From the NCBI GenBank assembly GCA_963755715.1, contig CAVWLW010000030.1, positions 1 to 64,000 on the forward strand: 64,000 bases of DNA. The letters run 5' to 3'. The stretch comes from an uncultured delta proteobacterium (GTDB taxonomy: Bacteria > Desulfobacterota > Binatia > UBA9968). The position numbers and the translations under genes were made by a program. Shown here one piece after another: positions 22,524 to 36,407 of the stretch (the stretch's first letter is position 1; every line of letters starts with the position of its first letter). The notes below the pieces were generated by a model that saw only the letters and a list, made by a program, of their open reading frames with translations, was not told where the DNA came from and ran no database searches.

Positions 22524-23879
22524 CTAATTATTGTGGATGCCCAAACTCTCCATCTTGCGATAGAGCGAAGACCGGCTGACGCCCAATAGTTCCGCCGCTC
22601 GCGTTTTGTCGCCGGCCGTCTCCTTGAGAACATTTTCGATATGGCTTTTTTCGTAGGATTGGACGGCAGTGCGGAGATTGTTCAGCGATTCCGAGCCATC
22701 TTCGCCTTGCGGCATAGAGCTTTGCGGCAACTCGGCCGGAGTAACCCATTCGCCGTCACCCAATATCATCGCCAGTTCGAGCACGTTGTCCAATTCACGC
22801 ACATTCCCCTTCCAAGGCAGCGACATGAGTAATTTGAGCGCCGTGTTAGCCACTCCCTTGTAAGCTTTTTTCATCTCGGCGTTGTGGCGCCGAATCAAGT
22901 GATCCACCAGTAAGGGAATGTCTTCCCTTCTCTCGCGCAGCGGCGGCACACGGATGTTGATGACGTTGAATCGATAAAAAAGATCTTCGCGAAAGCGCCC
23001 CGCTCCGACTTCCAGTTGCAGTTCGCGGTTGGTCGCCGCGATAATCCGCACGTTTAGCCGGGCCGGATGAGTGGAACCGATGGGCAGAACTTCTTTGTCT
23101 TCGATCGCCCGAAGAATTTTCGGCTGCAGACTGAGCGGCATTTCACCGATTTCATCGAGAAAGATCGTGCCACCCTGGGCGCGCTGGAAAAGGCCTTCCT
23201 GAGAGCTCGCCGCGCCGGTAAAAGCGCCTTTGACGTAACCGAAGAGCTGGCTTTCGAGCAGGGTTTCCGGGATCGCGCTGCAATTGACCGGCAAAAAAAC
23301 TTTATCCTTGCGCGGGCTCTGCAGGTGAATCGCGCGCGCCACCACTTCTTTGCCAACGCCGCTCTCACCGGTAATCAAGACATTCGAGCCGGTGGGCGCG
23401 ATCTTGGCAATCATCGCGAGAATATCGCGAATAGCGCGGCTTTCGCCGATCAAACCGGTCGATTCGGAATTATAGTTGACCTGGCGGCGCAACAGCTCGA
23501 CTTCCCACGCCAAGCTCTTCGCTTCCAGGAGACGTTTGACTTTTTGCAGCACATCCTCGAGCACGACCGGCTTCAAGATGTAGTCATGAGCGCCGCCGCG
23601 GAAGGCTTCGATCGCCGAATCCACCGATGCGTACCCCGTCATCAAGATAAACAGCGTTTGCGGTGAAACACTGCGTACATGACGCAGCACGCCGAGTCCG
23701 TCGGTTGCGGGGATTTTGAGATCGCACAATACCAGATCGAAATCGAGATCGTTGATCGCGTTGATCGCCTCATCACCGTTCTCGGCTTCATACAGGTGGT
23801 AACCTGCCTCATCGAGCACCCGCGCAATATTTTTGCGTGGTAAAGCTTCGTCGTCGACGATAAGAATAGTTGAGCTCAT
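22524..23879 (-). CDS. sigma54-dependent response regulator (NtrC family: receiver, AAA+, Fis-type HTH)
   Basis: ILIVDDE..CDLKIP receiver; GESGVGKE, intact GAFTGA, FLDEIGEM, WKGNVREL; AAELLGVSRSSLYRKM. ATG at 23879. Confidence 0.95.
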   Translation of the reverse strand: MSSTILIVDDEALPRKNIARVLDEAGYHLYEAENGDEAINAINDLDFDLVLCDLKIPATDGLGVLRHVRSVSPQTLFILMTGYASVDSAIEAFRGGAHDYILKPVVLEDVLQKVKRLLEAKSLAWEVELLRRQVNYNSESTGLIGESRAIRDILAMIAKIAPTGSNVLITGESGVGKEVVARAIHLQSPRKDKVFLPVNCSAIPETLLESQLFGYVKGAFTGAASSQEGLFQRAQGGTIFLDEIGEMPLSLQPKILRAIEDKEVLPIGSTHPARLNVRIIAATNRELQLEVGAGRFREDLFYRFNVINIRVPPLRERREDIPLLVDHLIRRHNAEMKKAYKGVANTALKLLMSLPWKGNVRELDNVLELAMILGDGEWVTPAELPQSSMPQGEDGSESLNNLRTAVQSYEKSHIENVLKETAGDKTRAAELLGVSRSSLYRKMESLGIHNN

Positions 23880-23947
23880 GAAGCGGACAGACGGCGGGAT
23901 AACCGCCGACAAGATCTTGGATTTATGGCGCTATAAACAGACGTGGG

Positions 23948-23962
23948 GCAAAGCCTATGCCA
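23948..23962 (-). promoter_or_regulatory. sigma54 promoter of the regulator (and probably act-cox)
   Basis: Minus strand TGGCAT-AGGCT-TTGC. Confidence 0.78.
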
Positions 23963-24024
23963 AAAAACTAAAGGCGAAAATGAGTCGAACATTCAGGCTT
24001 GGAGAAAGTCGTATGCGCGACGGC

Positions 24025-24073
24025 TGTCGCAAAATCGGGACAGATAAATCCTCCATGTCTTATTTTTAGGACA
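24025..24073. promoter_or_regulatory. Tandem palindromic enhancer-like sites (TGTC-N10-GACA, twice)
   Basis: TGTCGCAAAATCGGGACA (24025-24042) and TGTCTTATTTTTAGGACA (24056-24073), 31 bp apart, 60-110 bp upstream of the sigma54 promoter. Confidence 0.6.
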
Positions 24074-24438
24074 ATTTGTCCTATGCACACTGCAAACCCG
24101 CCACGATTTTTGCCTCACTCGACGCACATAGTTTGAATCTAGCCGCTTACGAGTCCGTAATAGAGGATCGGATGACGCGAGCGACGAAATGAATCGGGAT
24201 AGTTTTGCGGCTTTTTCCTCGGGATGGTGACCCACCCTCGACATGGGCTTCCCTGTCGCAATAAGTTTGTTATGCTGTAAATATTCCTGATCGATTTGCG
24301 AGGCGCAGCCTGGTTTTTTCATCGAGCAAGAATTCAGCAAAGAAAGAGAAGGAAGCCCGCTCAGAACACGACGCGCTCAAATCTCGATAGCATAGCCAAG
24401 CCAGTCCCCGCAAAATCTAAATAACAAGGAGGCGATCC

Positions 24439-24891
24439 ATGACAATTCCTTCTCAACCTCAACCCTTGCGCGTTTATCGGGTTTTTGGATTGCTGCTGGT
24501 AACGGCATTGGTGCTGACATCGGCCGGCTATGTCTTTTTTCGTGTCACCCCTCAAGAACGCAATGTGAACGTGGCCGGCATAATCATTCCCGTGCCCGAC
24601 GGCATGAAAAAAGTATCCGAGACGAGCGTTGCTGCCAACGCTCCCGATCAGACTCATGGAAAAGTCGCCTTTAAAGGCAAAGTCTCCCCTTCGATGATCG
24701 TGCGCTTTTATCACAACCTAATGCCGGCGAAAGATTGGCAACCCGATTCGATATTGGGCGCCGAAACCGGCGGCTACGTGTTTACGCGAGGCAATCAAAA
24801 ATTAATTATCAACGTCGCCGAGCCAGAGCCCGACACGTCCATCCTGACCATCGTGGTGAATTCGGGCGAGCCGCCAATTATGACCGGATAG
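24439..24891 (+). CDS. Hypothetical membrane-anchored/periplasmic protein
   Basis: AGGAGG Shine-Dalgarno, ATG, one N-terminal TM, 150-aa open frame. Confidence 0.7.
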   Translation: MTIPSQPQPLRVYRVFGLLLVTALVLTSAGYVFFRVTPQERNVNVAGIIIPVPDGMKKVSETSVAANAPDQTHGKVAFKGKVSPSMIVRFYHNLMPAKDWQPDSILGAETGGYVFTRGNQKLIINVAEPEPDTSILTIVVNSGEPPIMTG

Positions 24892-25023
24892 ACACGAGCG
24901 ATGCTCAGATTCTTCGTGGCAAATGTTTTGAGAAGCTCGAAGGTAGCATAGTCCACTTGCTCGATCAGGCTCTTTATTCGGCACAACAGCGCTCCTTCCA
25001 AGTCACGATTCAATAAAATCAGG

Positions 25024-25038
25024 TGGCATAACCCTTGC
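25024..25038 (+). promoter_or_regulatory. sigma54 promoter of sucAB
   Basis: TGGCAT-AACCC-TTGC(T). Confidence 0.75.
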
Positions 25039-25122
25039 TGTAAACGAAATCACCTACACGGCGCATTCATCGATGGCGCCGACAAAATAGTATCAACGGA
25101 TATCCCAGAACGACAACTTCAA

Positions 25123-27971
<2,849 letters not shown>

Positions 27972-27975
<4 letters not shown>

Positions 27976-29318
27976 ATTTGTCCGTCGCAGTTAAAATACC
28001 CGAAGTAGGCGAATCCATTTCAGAAGTGGCCATCGGTGAATGGCTCAAGCACGAAGGCGACTTTGTCGAACGCGATGAAGATGTCGTAGTAATCGAAACC
28101 GATAAGGCCACCGTCGAAATACCCGCACCGGAATCCGGTCGAGTGACGAAGATTCTGAAACAAACGGGTGATTCCGCGTCCGTGAACGAGGTCATTGCCT
28201 ACATCGACAGCGACGCCGTGAACGATGCGGCAAAGGCGAGCACTAAATCAAATAACGCCGTCGATCAGAGCGAGCCGGAACCCGGAAAGACTGCTAAGAC
28301 AAAAAAAGATGAGAGCGCATCGCAACGAGTCGACGCGCCGGAGCGCGCCAAACCCGACGGTCAGGATCAGAACGTCCAGCCGCCGGAAACCTCGGATCAG
28401 CAGTCGACAGGCGAGACAAGAGAAATAAGCGAAGAAGAGAAAATCCCCGACTCTTTGCAAGCGCCGAAGTATCAGACCGCGCATGACGCGACGGAAAAAC
28501 GTCCGCCCCGACCCGCGGCAAACCGGGATGTGAAACCCCAAATAGCGGAGCGGGCCGAAGAGAACTTACAACTGCTCCGGCCCCAGAAAGACGCGCAAAT
28601 CTCGCCGCGGGCTGCCGAACATCGAGAAGAGATAGTGCCGATGAGTCAGTTGCGCCGCAAGATTGCCGAGCGACTAGTCCAGGCGCAACAAACGGCCGCT
28701 CTACTTACGACGTTCAATGAAATCGATATGACATCGGTGATCGAGCTGCGCCGCAGGCATCGCGATGCCTTTGCCGAAAAGCATCAAACCAAGCTTGGAT
28801 TCATGTCCTTTTTCGTCAAGGCAGCGGTCGACGCTCTCAAACTGGTGCCCGAGGTCAACGCCGAGATTCGCGGCGAGAACATTGTTTATCGCAATTTTTT
28901 CGATATCGGTATCGCCGTCGGCGGTGGCAGGGGTTTGGTCGTGCCCGTCTTACGCGATGTCGAGCCGCTGGGATTCGCCGAAATCGAAAAAGCAATTGCG
29001 GATTTCGCTCGGCGCGCAGAACAGAACAAGCTCAAGCCGGATGAATTACAAGGCGGCACCTTTACCATCAGCAACGGCGGCATCTATGGCTCGTTGCTCT
29101 CCACTCCGATCGTCAATCCCCCGCAAAGCGCGATTCTCGGTCTGCACGCCATCGAGGAACGGCCGGTCGTTCGAGCCGGCGCCGTGGTTATTCGATCGAT
29201 GATGTATGTCGCGCTGACTTACGATCATCGCCTTATCGACGGCCGCGAGGCCGTCACCTTTTTAAAACACATAAAAGACCTGATCGAAGAGCCAGCGCGC
29301 ATGTTGCTGCAGATCTAA
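27972..29318 (+). CDS. sucB: 2-oxoglutarate dehydrogenase E2 (dihydrolipoamide succinyltransferase)
   Basis: Lipoyl domain [11 protein letters not shown]; [27 protein letters not shown]. Confidence 0.95.
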
Positions 29319-29650
29319 AACCGGGGAGACGAACGGTTCCGCCGCTCGTTTACGACCGGCTCGCTTCGATTAGCCGGATCACGTCGACATAGTCACCGCG
29401 GCTGGGTTCAATCCGAACTAAATCACCGCTCCGAAGATCGACCACGGAGAATTCCCGATCTCGATCGAAGACCAGCCGAAGAGACGCATTGTTGGTGAAA
29501 ACCCAACTCCGCACCCAATCTCTGTATGAAAAAGACCGAGAGACCAGCCGTCGAGAACGTCGAACCTAGATTTGGAATACTCGCCCACACACATACCCTG
29601 TTATTTTCGCCAATTAGGAATCGAGTAAAAAGCAAATCTCCGGCAGCCTC

Positions 29651-29665
29651 TGGCATATCTGTTGC
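29651..29665 (+). promoter_or_regulatory. sigma54 promoter of the CBS gene (possibly CBS-ku-ligD)
   Basis: TGGCAT-ATCTG-TTGC. Confidence 0.75.
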
Positions 29666-29724
29666 GTTATATCTAGTACTTCTGACTTAACGCTGCGCTA
29701 ATCCTGTTGAAAAGGAGAATTGTT

Positions 29725-30156
29725 ATGGAGTTGAGAGATATCATGACCCGTAACGTGGAAGTGGTGAACGGCAATGCATCCTTGAAGGAGGCCGCCACCA
29801 AAATGAAAACCCTCGACGTTGGCTTAATCCCCGTTTGCGACGGCGATCGTTTGAAGGGATTGCTGACCGACCGCGATATCACGATCAGAGCTACGGCGAA
29901 TGGACGCGATCCGAGCAAGACCAAGGTAAGCGAAGTGATGTCCACCGATATCGCGTACTGCCTCGAAGACCAAGCAGTCGACGAAGCGGTCATTCTCATG
30001 GAGGCCCGCCAGATTCGGCGACTGCCTATTTTAAACCAAGACAAACAGCTGGTCGGCATCGTCAGCTTGGCGGACATTGCGGTACACGTCGGCGACCGAG
30101 ATCTGACCGGCGAAACCCTTGAAGAAATCTCCGAGCCCGCGGAACCGAAGCGTTAA
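29725..30156 (+). CDS. Tandem CBS-domain protein (Rv2626c/Hrp1- or YhcV-like)
   Basis: LRDIMTRNVE, GLLTDRDITIR, QIRRLPI, LVGIVSLADI; AAGGAG Shine-Dalgarno. Confidence 0.92.
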   Translation: MELRDIMTRNVEVVNGNASLKEAATKMKTLDVGLIPVCDGDRLKGLLTDRDITIRATANGRDPSKTKVSEVMSTDIAYCLEDQAVDEAVILMEARQIRRLPILNQDKQLVGIVSLADIAVHVGDRDLTGETLEEISEPAEPKR

Positions 30157-30336
30157 TCAGCGCCGGTAGGAGTCATTCATCAAATGAATAACGTTCGAAT
30201 GAATAAAATGGTCGTGCGCTCATGCAGCCAAATCGCCGGGAGAAAGTTACACCATGGCTCGCCGAACGCGTAATCGGAGAAAGCGCCGGCCGCACGTCAC
30301 GCCAGACCCGGAATCTCGGGGGCGCGCCACTAAGGT

Positions 30337-30360
30337 CAGGCGGCGCAGCGGCGCCGCCTG
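30337..30360. repeat. Perfect 10-bp inverted repeat upstream of ku
   Basis: CAGGCGGCGC-AGCG-GCGCCGCCTG; no U-tract follows. Confidence 0.7.
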
Positions 30361-30404
30361 CACGACCCGAAACCAGAAACCGATTTCATAGCTGAGAGAT
30401 TTCT

Positions 30405-31298
30405 GTGGCGCGAAAAAGGGCGAAAGCGAAAAAACTCAAAACTCCGCGAAAGCGCACCAGCAGCGCGCGCGCTATTTGGAAAGGCACGATTGATTTCGGT
30501 TTGGTCAACATTCCCGTCGGTTTACATTCCGCCGAAACATCCGGGGGTCTGGATTTCGCCCTTCTCGATAAACGCGATTTTTCCCGTGTGCGTTATCGGC
30601 GCGTGAACGAAAACACCGGCCGCGAAGTGCCGTGGAATGAGATTGTCAAAGGTTACGAATATCAAAAAGGCGAATATGTCGCGCTCTCAGACGACGACTT
30701 TGCACGCGCCAACGTCGAGGCCACGCAAACCATCTCGATCACGGATTTTGTCGATGCGGCCGAGATCAGCCCGATCTACTATGACAAACCCTATTACCTC
30801 GAACCGCTCAAGAATGGCCATCGCGCCTATGCCTTGCTTCGCGAGGTCTTGAGCAAGAAGCAAAAAGTGGGAATCGCAAAAGTCGTCATTCACACGCGCG
30901 AGCATTTGGCGGCACTATTTGCCGACGGCCCGGTATTGGTTTTGAATTTATTGCGCTTTCATGACGAGCTTCGTGAATCAGCTAGGCTCGATCTGCCAAA
31001 GAGCGGGAGCAAAAATACGCGCATCTCCGCAAAGGAAATCAAAATGGCCGAACAGCTTGTTGACGCCATGGCGAGCCAATGGAATCCGGAGAAATACCGC
31101 GATGAATATCGCGAGGATATAATGAAAATCGTCGAGCACAAAGTAGAGTCGGGCAAGACTAAAGTTGTCGAATCCGCGAAACCGTCCGCGCGCGCTCCGC
31201 AACGCGGTAAGGTCATTGACATCATGCATCTGTTGCGACAAAGCGTAAAGCAGGCCGGCAAGAAACACGAGCCGGCACGACGGCGCAGGGCCGGCTAG
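30405..31298 (+). CDS. ku: NHEJ protein Ku
   Basis: RAIWKGTIDFGLVNIPV, IVKGYEY, YYDKPYYL, YRDEYRE; basic N- and C-terminal tails. Confidence 0.95.
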   Translation: MARKRAKAKKLKTPRKRTSSARAIWKGTIDFGLVNIPVGLHSAETSGGLDFALLDKRDFSRVRYRRVNENTGREVPWNEIVKGYEYQKGEYVALSDDDFARANVEATQTISITDFVDAAEISPIYYDKPYYLEPLKNGHRAYALLREVLSKKQKVGIAKVVIHTREHLAALFADGPVLVLNLLRFHDELRESARLDLPKSGSKNTRISAKEIKMAEQLVDAMASQWNPEKYRDEYREDIMKIVEHKVESGKTKVVESAKPSARAPQRGKVIDIMHLLRQSVKQAGKKHEPARRRRAG

Positions 31299-31322
31299 TG
31301 CAATTGCAAACCACGCCCACCC

Positions 31323-33842
31323 ATGGACTTAGAAACCTACCGCCGCAAACGCGACTTCAATAAAACCTCTGAACCGGCGGGGAAAAAGCTCCCCCGGAAA
31401 GCAAAGAATTTATCCTTCGTCGTACAAAAGCACGCGGCGCGCCGGCTGCATTATGATTTTCGTTTGGAAATGGACGGCGTGTTAGCCAGTTGGGCCGTGC
31501 CGAAAGGCCCCAGCATGAGTCCAAAAGATCGGCGCTTGGCCGTTGAAGTCGAAGACCATCCGATTGACTATGGTGACTTCGAAGGAACGATCCCCGCCGG
31601 TCAATATGGCGCCGGTTCGGTGATCGTTTGGGACCGCGGCACGTGGCAGCCGGAGAACGATCCGATCGAAGGCCGACGCCGCGGCATGCTCAAGTTTCAT
31701 TTACAGGGCAAGAAACTTAAAGGCGGTTGGACTCTGGTGCGCATGAAAGGAAAAAACCGGGCAGAAGATAAAAATTGGCTGCTCATCAAAGAACGGGACG
31801 ATAAGGCGGCGCAGGGCGACATCGAAGAGGCGCAACCGGCAAGCGTGAAATCCGGGCGCCTGATTGAAGAAATTGGGACAAACAATGGCGCCGGCACGGC
31901 TCACGCCAAGCGGCGCGCCAAAGTCAAGACGCCGGCGCTCGTCGAAAATGCCAAAAAAGCAAAATTGCCCGCGTTTTATCAACCGCAACTCGCGACTCTG
32001 GTGGACCAAGTTCCGCGCGGAGAAAATTGGCTGCACGAAATAAAATTCGACGGCTATCGAATTCTTGGCCGCATCGATGATGGCCGAGGTTTCATTGTTG
32101 ACTCGAGAAGCGCACGACTGGACCTCAGCGCTTTAAGATATGCGCGAATGCGCTTAAGAATTTGCCGGGGCGTCAGGCATTTCTCGACGGCGAGATCGTC
32201 GCGCTCAAAGAAGACGGCACCAGTGATTTTCAGCTTTTGCAAAACTCACTGAAGGAACATGCGCCGGTCAAGCTCGTTTATTTCATTTTCGATCTGCTTT
32301 ATTTAGACGGCCGGGACCTTACCGCTTTGCCGCTCCTCGCGCGCAAAGAGGCGCTGGCAAAACTTCTCGGCGCTAAGACCCAAGCGGCCGCGTCCGATCT
32401 CATCCGTTATAGCGACCATTGGATTGGCCAGGGTGACGAGCTTTTCGACAAGGCCTGCCAAACCGGACTCGAGGGGATTATTTCGAAGAGACTCGATCAG
32501 CCTTATCGTCCTGGCCGCAGCCGCGATTGGTTAAAAATCAAATGTGTGCACAGCCAGGAGTTTGTCATCGCCGGATTCACCGATCCGGCCGGTTCACGTT
32601 CAGGATTCGGCGCGCTAGTGCTCGGTGTTTATGACGATAATAAATCTTTACATTATGCGGGGCGTGTCGGCACCGGGTTTACCGAAACAAGTTTACGGGA
32701 TTTGCGCGCGCGTATGGACAAACTGGTAGTCCGCTCGTCACCCTTTACCGAAGCGCTGCCACGTGGGCAAGCCAAAGGTGTCCACTGGATAAAGCCCAAG
32801 CTCGTCGGCGAAGTAGCGTTCACCGGTTGGACCAAAGACAAGCTGCTGCGCCATCCGTCCTTCAAGGGGCTCCGGGAAGATAAACCGGCGGCCAAAGTTC
32901 AGCGCGAAGAAGAAGCTCCCACTGCCAAAGTCGCCACCTCGCGTAAGGGTGCCAACGTGGAAATTGAGATTGCCGGAATCAAGCTGACCCATCCCGACCG
33001 TATTCTCTACCCCGAGCAAGGAATAACCAAGCTCGATCTCGCACGCTATTATGAAACAGTCGCCGACTCGATGCTGACGACATGTCGCTGGACGGCCGCT
33101 GACGCTGGTCCGCTGCCCCGAAGGATATACAAAACAATGCTTTTACCAACGCCACATCAGCGAAACGCTCGACCCGGCGATTCGCGCCATCCGCGTTAAA
33201 GAAAAAAAATCCACGGCTTCTTACGTGGCGATCGATTCTCTATCCGGGCTGATCGCGCTCGTACAAATGGGAGTTTTGGAGATCCACACTTGGGGGGCGC
33301 GCGCGCCAACCATCGAGCAACCGGACCAACTGATTTTCGATCTCGATCCCGACCCGGCGGTTTCATGGCCTGCGCTCAAAGAAGCCGCGCTGATGCTCAA
33401 GACGCGCTTAACCGATCTCGGTCTGAAACCCTTTCTAAAGACCACCGGCGGCAAAGGACTCCACGTCGTCGTGCCGATCACGCCCAAACAGGATTGGGCG
33501 TTCGTCAAGGAATTTACCAAGGCTGTGGCGCAAAGCCTCGTCCGTGAGAAACCCGATCGGTATATAGCGACCATGTCCAAGGCAAAGCGCAAGGGAAAGA
33601 TCTTCATCGACTATCTGCGCAACGCCAAAACGGCCACCGCGGTATGCGCTTATTCCACGCGCGCGCGCCCCGGCGCGCCGGTTTCACTGCCGCTACGCTG
33701 GGACGAACTCAAAAAAGATCCACGCGGCGACTTCACCATCGAGACGGTGCCCAAGCGCCTCGCCCGTTTGCGCAACGATCCTTGGAATGGCTATGAGCGC
33801 GCCCGCAAGCCACTCACCGCGAACATGCTGAAAAAACTATGA
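31323..33842 (+). CDS. ligD: NHEJ DNA ligase D, PE-LIG-POL order (frameshifts near 32090-32160 and 33075)
   Basis: FVVQKHAARRLHYDFRLE (PE), HEIKFDGYR, EGIISK, WLKIK, LRHPSFKGLREDK (LIG), FDLDP, KTTGGKGLHV, IDYLRN (POL). Confidence 0.93.
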
Positions 33843-34196
33843 TCGCTGCTTCGCAGATTTTCTGGTTCGCAAATAACACCGACGCCTGAATCAAGATCGC
33901 GCTGCCTCACCACAGACAATCGGCGATGAGCCACTGAGAACATGACTCGCTAAATTCGCTCACGGTTTAAGCGCGCAATTGTTTCTTTCTTCGACCCCAC
34001 CCGCTATTTTCGTCTGCATCTTCCTACCACATAGTCCTGTTTTCAGGACATATCTTTAGTCGCCCGCAGGCTAGAAATCTCCCGGCTGTGTCACTTGTGG
34101 GAGAATTTCATTCAGCCGTACCGAGTTTGGGACAAAATCATCTTCTCTTCCGCGGTCTTGTCGAGGAAGAAACCATCAGATTTTCTTGTCGGGTTA

Positions 34197-34211
34197 TGGC
34201 ATATCGATTGC
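34197..34211 (+). promoter_or_regulatory. sigma54 promoter of the ADH-SDR-hemerythrin unit
   Basis: TGGCAT-ATCGA-TTGC; upstream palindromes AGTCCTGTTTTCAGGACA (34033-34050) and CGTACCGAGTTTGGGACA (34117-34134). Confidence 0.78.
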
Positions 34212-34241
34212 GTTTTTATTGCAACAAGGGGGAGTCTTTTC

Positions 34242-34589
34242 ATGAGAGCGGTCTGTTGGAACGGCAAGAAAGATGTCCGTGTCGAAACCGTGCCCGACCC
34301 CGAGATCATCAACCCGCGTGACGCGATCATAAAAACCGAGCTCACTGCGATTTGCGGTTCCGATCTACACCTGTACAGCGGCAACATCCCGACTATGAAA
34401 GCGGGCGATATTTTGGGGCATGAATTTCTCGGCGAAGTCGTCGAGGTCGGACGCGGCGTGAGTAATCTACAAATGGGCGACCGAGTGATCGTGCTGTTCC
34501 CTATCGCGTGCGGCAATTGTTACTACTGTGCGCACGAATTATTTTCTTTTTGCGACAACAACCTTCCGGCCCTCGGCCGAAGCGCGTAG
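34242..34589 (+). pseudogene. Truncated Zn-dependent (formaldehyde-type) alcohol dehydrogenase, N-terminal GroES domain only
   Basis: [27 protein letters not shown]; similarity stops at about aa 106, and no Rossmann domain fits before the next gene at 34661. Confidence 0.85.
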
Positions 34590-34660
34590 GGAAACGCCGG
34601 CGTGGGCCAGAAAGCGCAACGCCCCAAGATCTCGTTTAGTTCATCAAGGGAGTTTATTCG

Positions 34661-35743
34661 ATGGAAAACGCAATGACGCCTAATTCACAATCGACCCTGC
34701 CCTTAGTGGCCAAACTCGGACTGATCGGTGCGCTTGGCGCCGCGGCGATCTATGCGGCGCGCCAAAGACGCCGCATGGATTTCGCCGGCAAGACGGTTCT
34801 CATCTCCGGTGCGTCGCGCGGACTGGGCCTGGAACTGGCCCGCGCTTTTGCGGACGAAGGCGCCGATCTCGTGCTTCTCGCCCGGGACCCAAACAAGTTG
34901 ATGCACACAGCCGAAGAACTCCGCAGCCGCGGCACCAAGGTTCTGGCCCACGTTTGTGACGTGCGCGATCAGCGCCAAGTGCATGATAGCGTAGCGACGA
35001 TACTCAGTGAAACCCGCAGAGTCGACGTCTTGATCAATAACGCGGGCACGATTCAAGTCGGGCCCGTCGAGAATATGGACTTCAAGGATTTCGAAAGCGC
35101 CATGGGCGTGCATTTCTGGGGTCCGCTCTATCTCATGCAGGAAATTATTCCGCACATGAAGGCTCACGGTGGCGGCCGCATTGTAAATATCGCTTCGATC
35201 GGCGGCAAAGTGGCCGTGCCCCATTTATTGCCGTATGCGGCGAGTAAATTTGCTCTAGTCGGCCTTTCGGAAGGAATGCGGGCGGAACTGCTCAAGGATG
35301 GCATCTACGTGACTACGGTTTGTCCCGGATTGATGCGCACAGGCTCTCATTTGAACGCCTTTTTTAAAGGACAACACAAAAAGGAATACGCCTTGTTCGC
35401 GATCGCCAATGCTTCGCCGGCGTTATCCATCGCCTCCGAACGGGCTGCGCGTGAAATCATCGAGGCCTGCCGTTACGGCAAGGCTGAAATCACGATTACA
35501 CCGCAAGCGCGTTTGCTTCGCCTCATCAATGGAGTTTTTCCGTCGTTGATCTCGGAGGCGTTCGGCTTTGTCAGTCGAATTCTGCCGCGCCCGCGCGAGT
35601 ACACGGGAAATCGCCTGCAAGAGGGTTGGCAGAGCAGATCAGCGCTGGCGCCTTCGTTGTTGACGCGACCGGCGGATCGCGCAGCCGCGCGCAATAACGA
35701 GTTGCCCGAAGCGGAAGCCGCACAAATATCGGGAGCTGGGTGA
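34661..35743 (+). CDS. SDR-family oxidoreductase with N-terminal membrane anchor
   Basis: ISGASRGLG, INNAG, IASIGG, YAASKF. Confidence 0.92.
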   Translation: MENAMTPNSQSTLPLVAKLGLIGALGAAAIYAARQRRRMDFAGKTVLISGASRGLGLELARAFADEGADLVLLARDPNKLMHTAEELRSRGTKVLAHVCDVRDQRQVHDSVATILSETRRVDVLINNAGTIQVGPVENMDFKDFESAMGVHFWGPLYLMQEIIPHMKAHGGGRIVNIASIGGKVAVPHLLPYAASKFALVGLSEGMRAELLKDGIYVTTVCPGLMRTGSHLNAFFKGQHKKEYALFAIANASPALSIASERAAREIIEACRYGKAEITITPQARLLRLINGVFPSLISEAFGFVSRILPRPREYTGNRLQEGWQSRSALAPSLLTRPADRAAARNNELPEAEAAQISGAG

Positions 35744-35845
35744 AGCAACACAACTGTCACAAGAAACCAGTCGCAGCGGCTTGCTAGCGCGCTGTTGCTT
35801 TTGCCTGCATCCTGCTCGCAAACCATCACTCCGGAGGAAGCGATC

Positions 35846-36283
35846 ATGAATGCATTAGAGCTCTTGAAGCGCGACCATGACGCGATCACGGCTTTGCTTG
35901 CCAGCGCAAATGTTTACGTGGATATGAAACGACTTTTCGAAAGAATAAAAAGCGAGCTCGAAATTCACGCCCATATCGAGGAGACGGCTTTCTATCCCAT
36001 ACTGCAAAACCACGAGCTGCTCAAAGATCTCGCGCGCGATGCCAGAGCGCAGCATGCACTGATCAAAGAACTGCTCTCCGACTTGGAAAAACAAGAAGGC
36101 GCGGAATTTGAAAAAAATTTCCAGGCGCTCAAAGCCGAGGTCCAGCTGCACTTCACCGAGGAAGAGAATGAAATATTTCCGCAGGTGACGAGCCTGAAAG
36201 GCGGTCCCGATTTAGGCCGGCTCGCTGAACAATTGGCGACGAACAAGAAAGAATATCAATCGACGCAGGGATCCTTAGCCTAA
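35846..36283 (+). CDS. Hemerythrin-like (HHE) domain protein 1
   Basis: LKRDH, HAHIEE..FYP, QH, HFTEEENEIFP; GGAGG Shine-Dalgarno. Confidence 0.88.
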   Translation: MNALELLKRDHDAITALLASANVYVDMKRLFERIKSELEIHAHIEETAFYPILQNHELLKDLARDARAQHALIKELLSDLEKQEGAEFEKNFQALKAEVQLHFTEEENEIFPQVTSLKGGPDLGRLAEQLATNKKEYQSTQGSLA

Positions 36284-36407
36284 GATTCGCCGCAAACTGT
36301 CGGCATAATGTTACAGCGTCTCGGCTTTTCGTTCGCTTTATCCAACAGAGAACCGATCGATAAAAGATAATCCCGCATAGCCATTGATTTTGTCACGCAA
36401 ACTTTGC

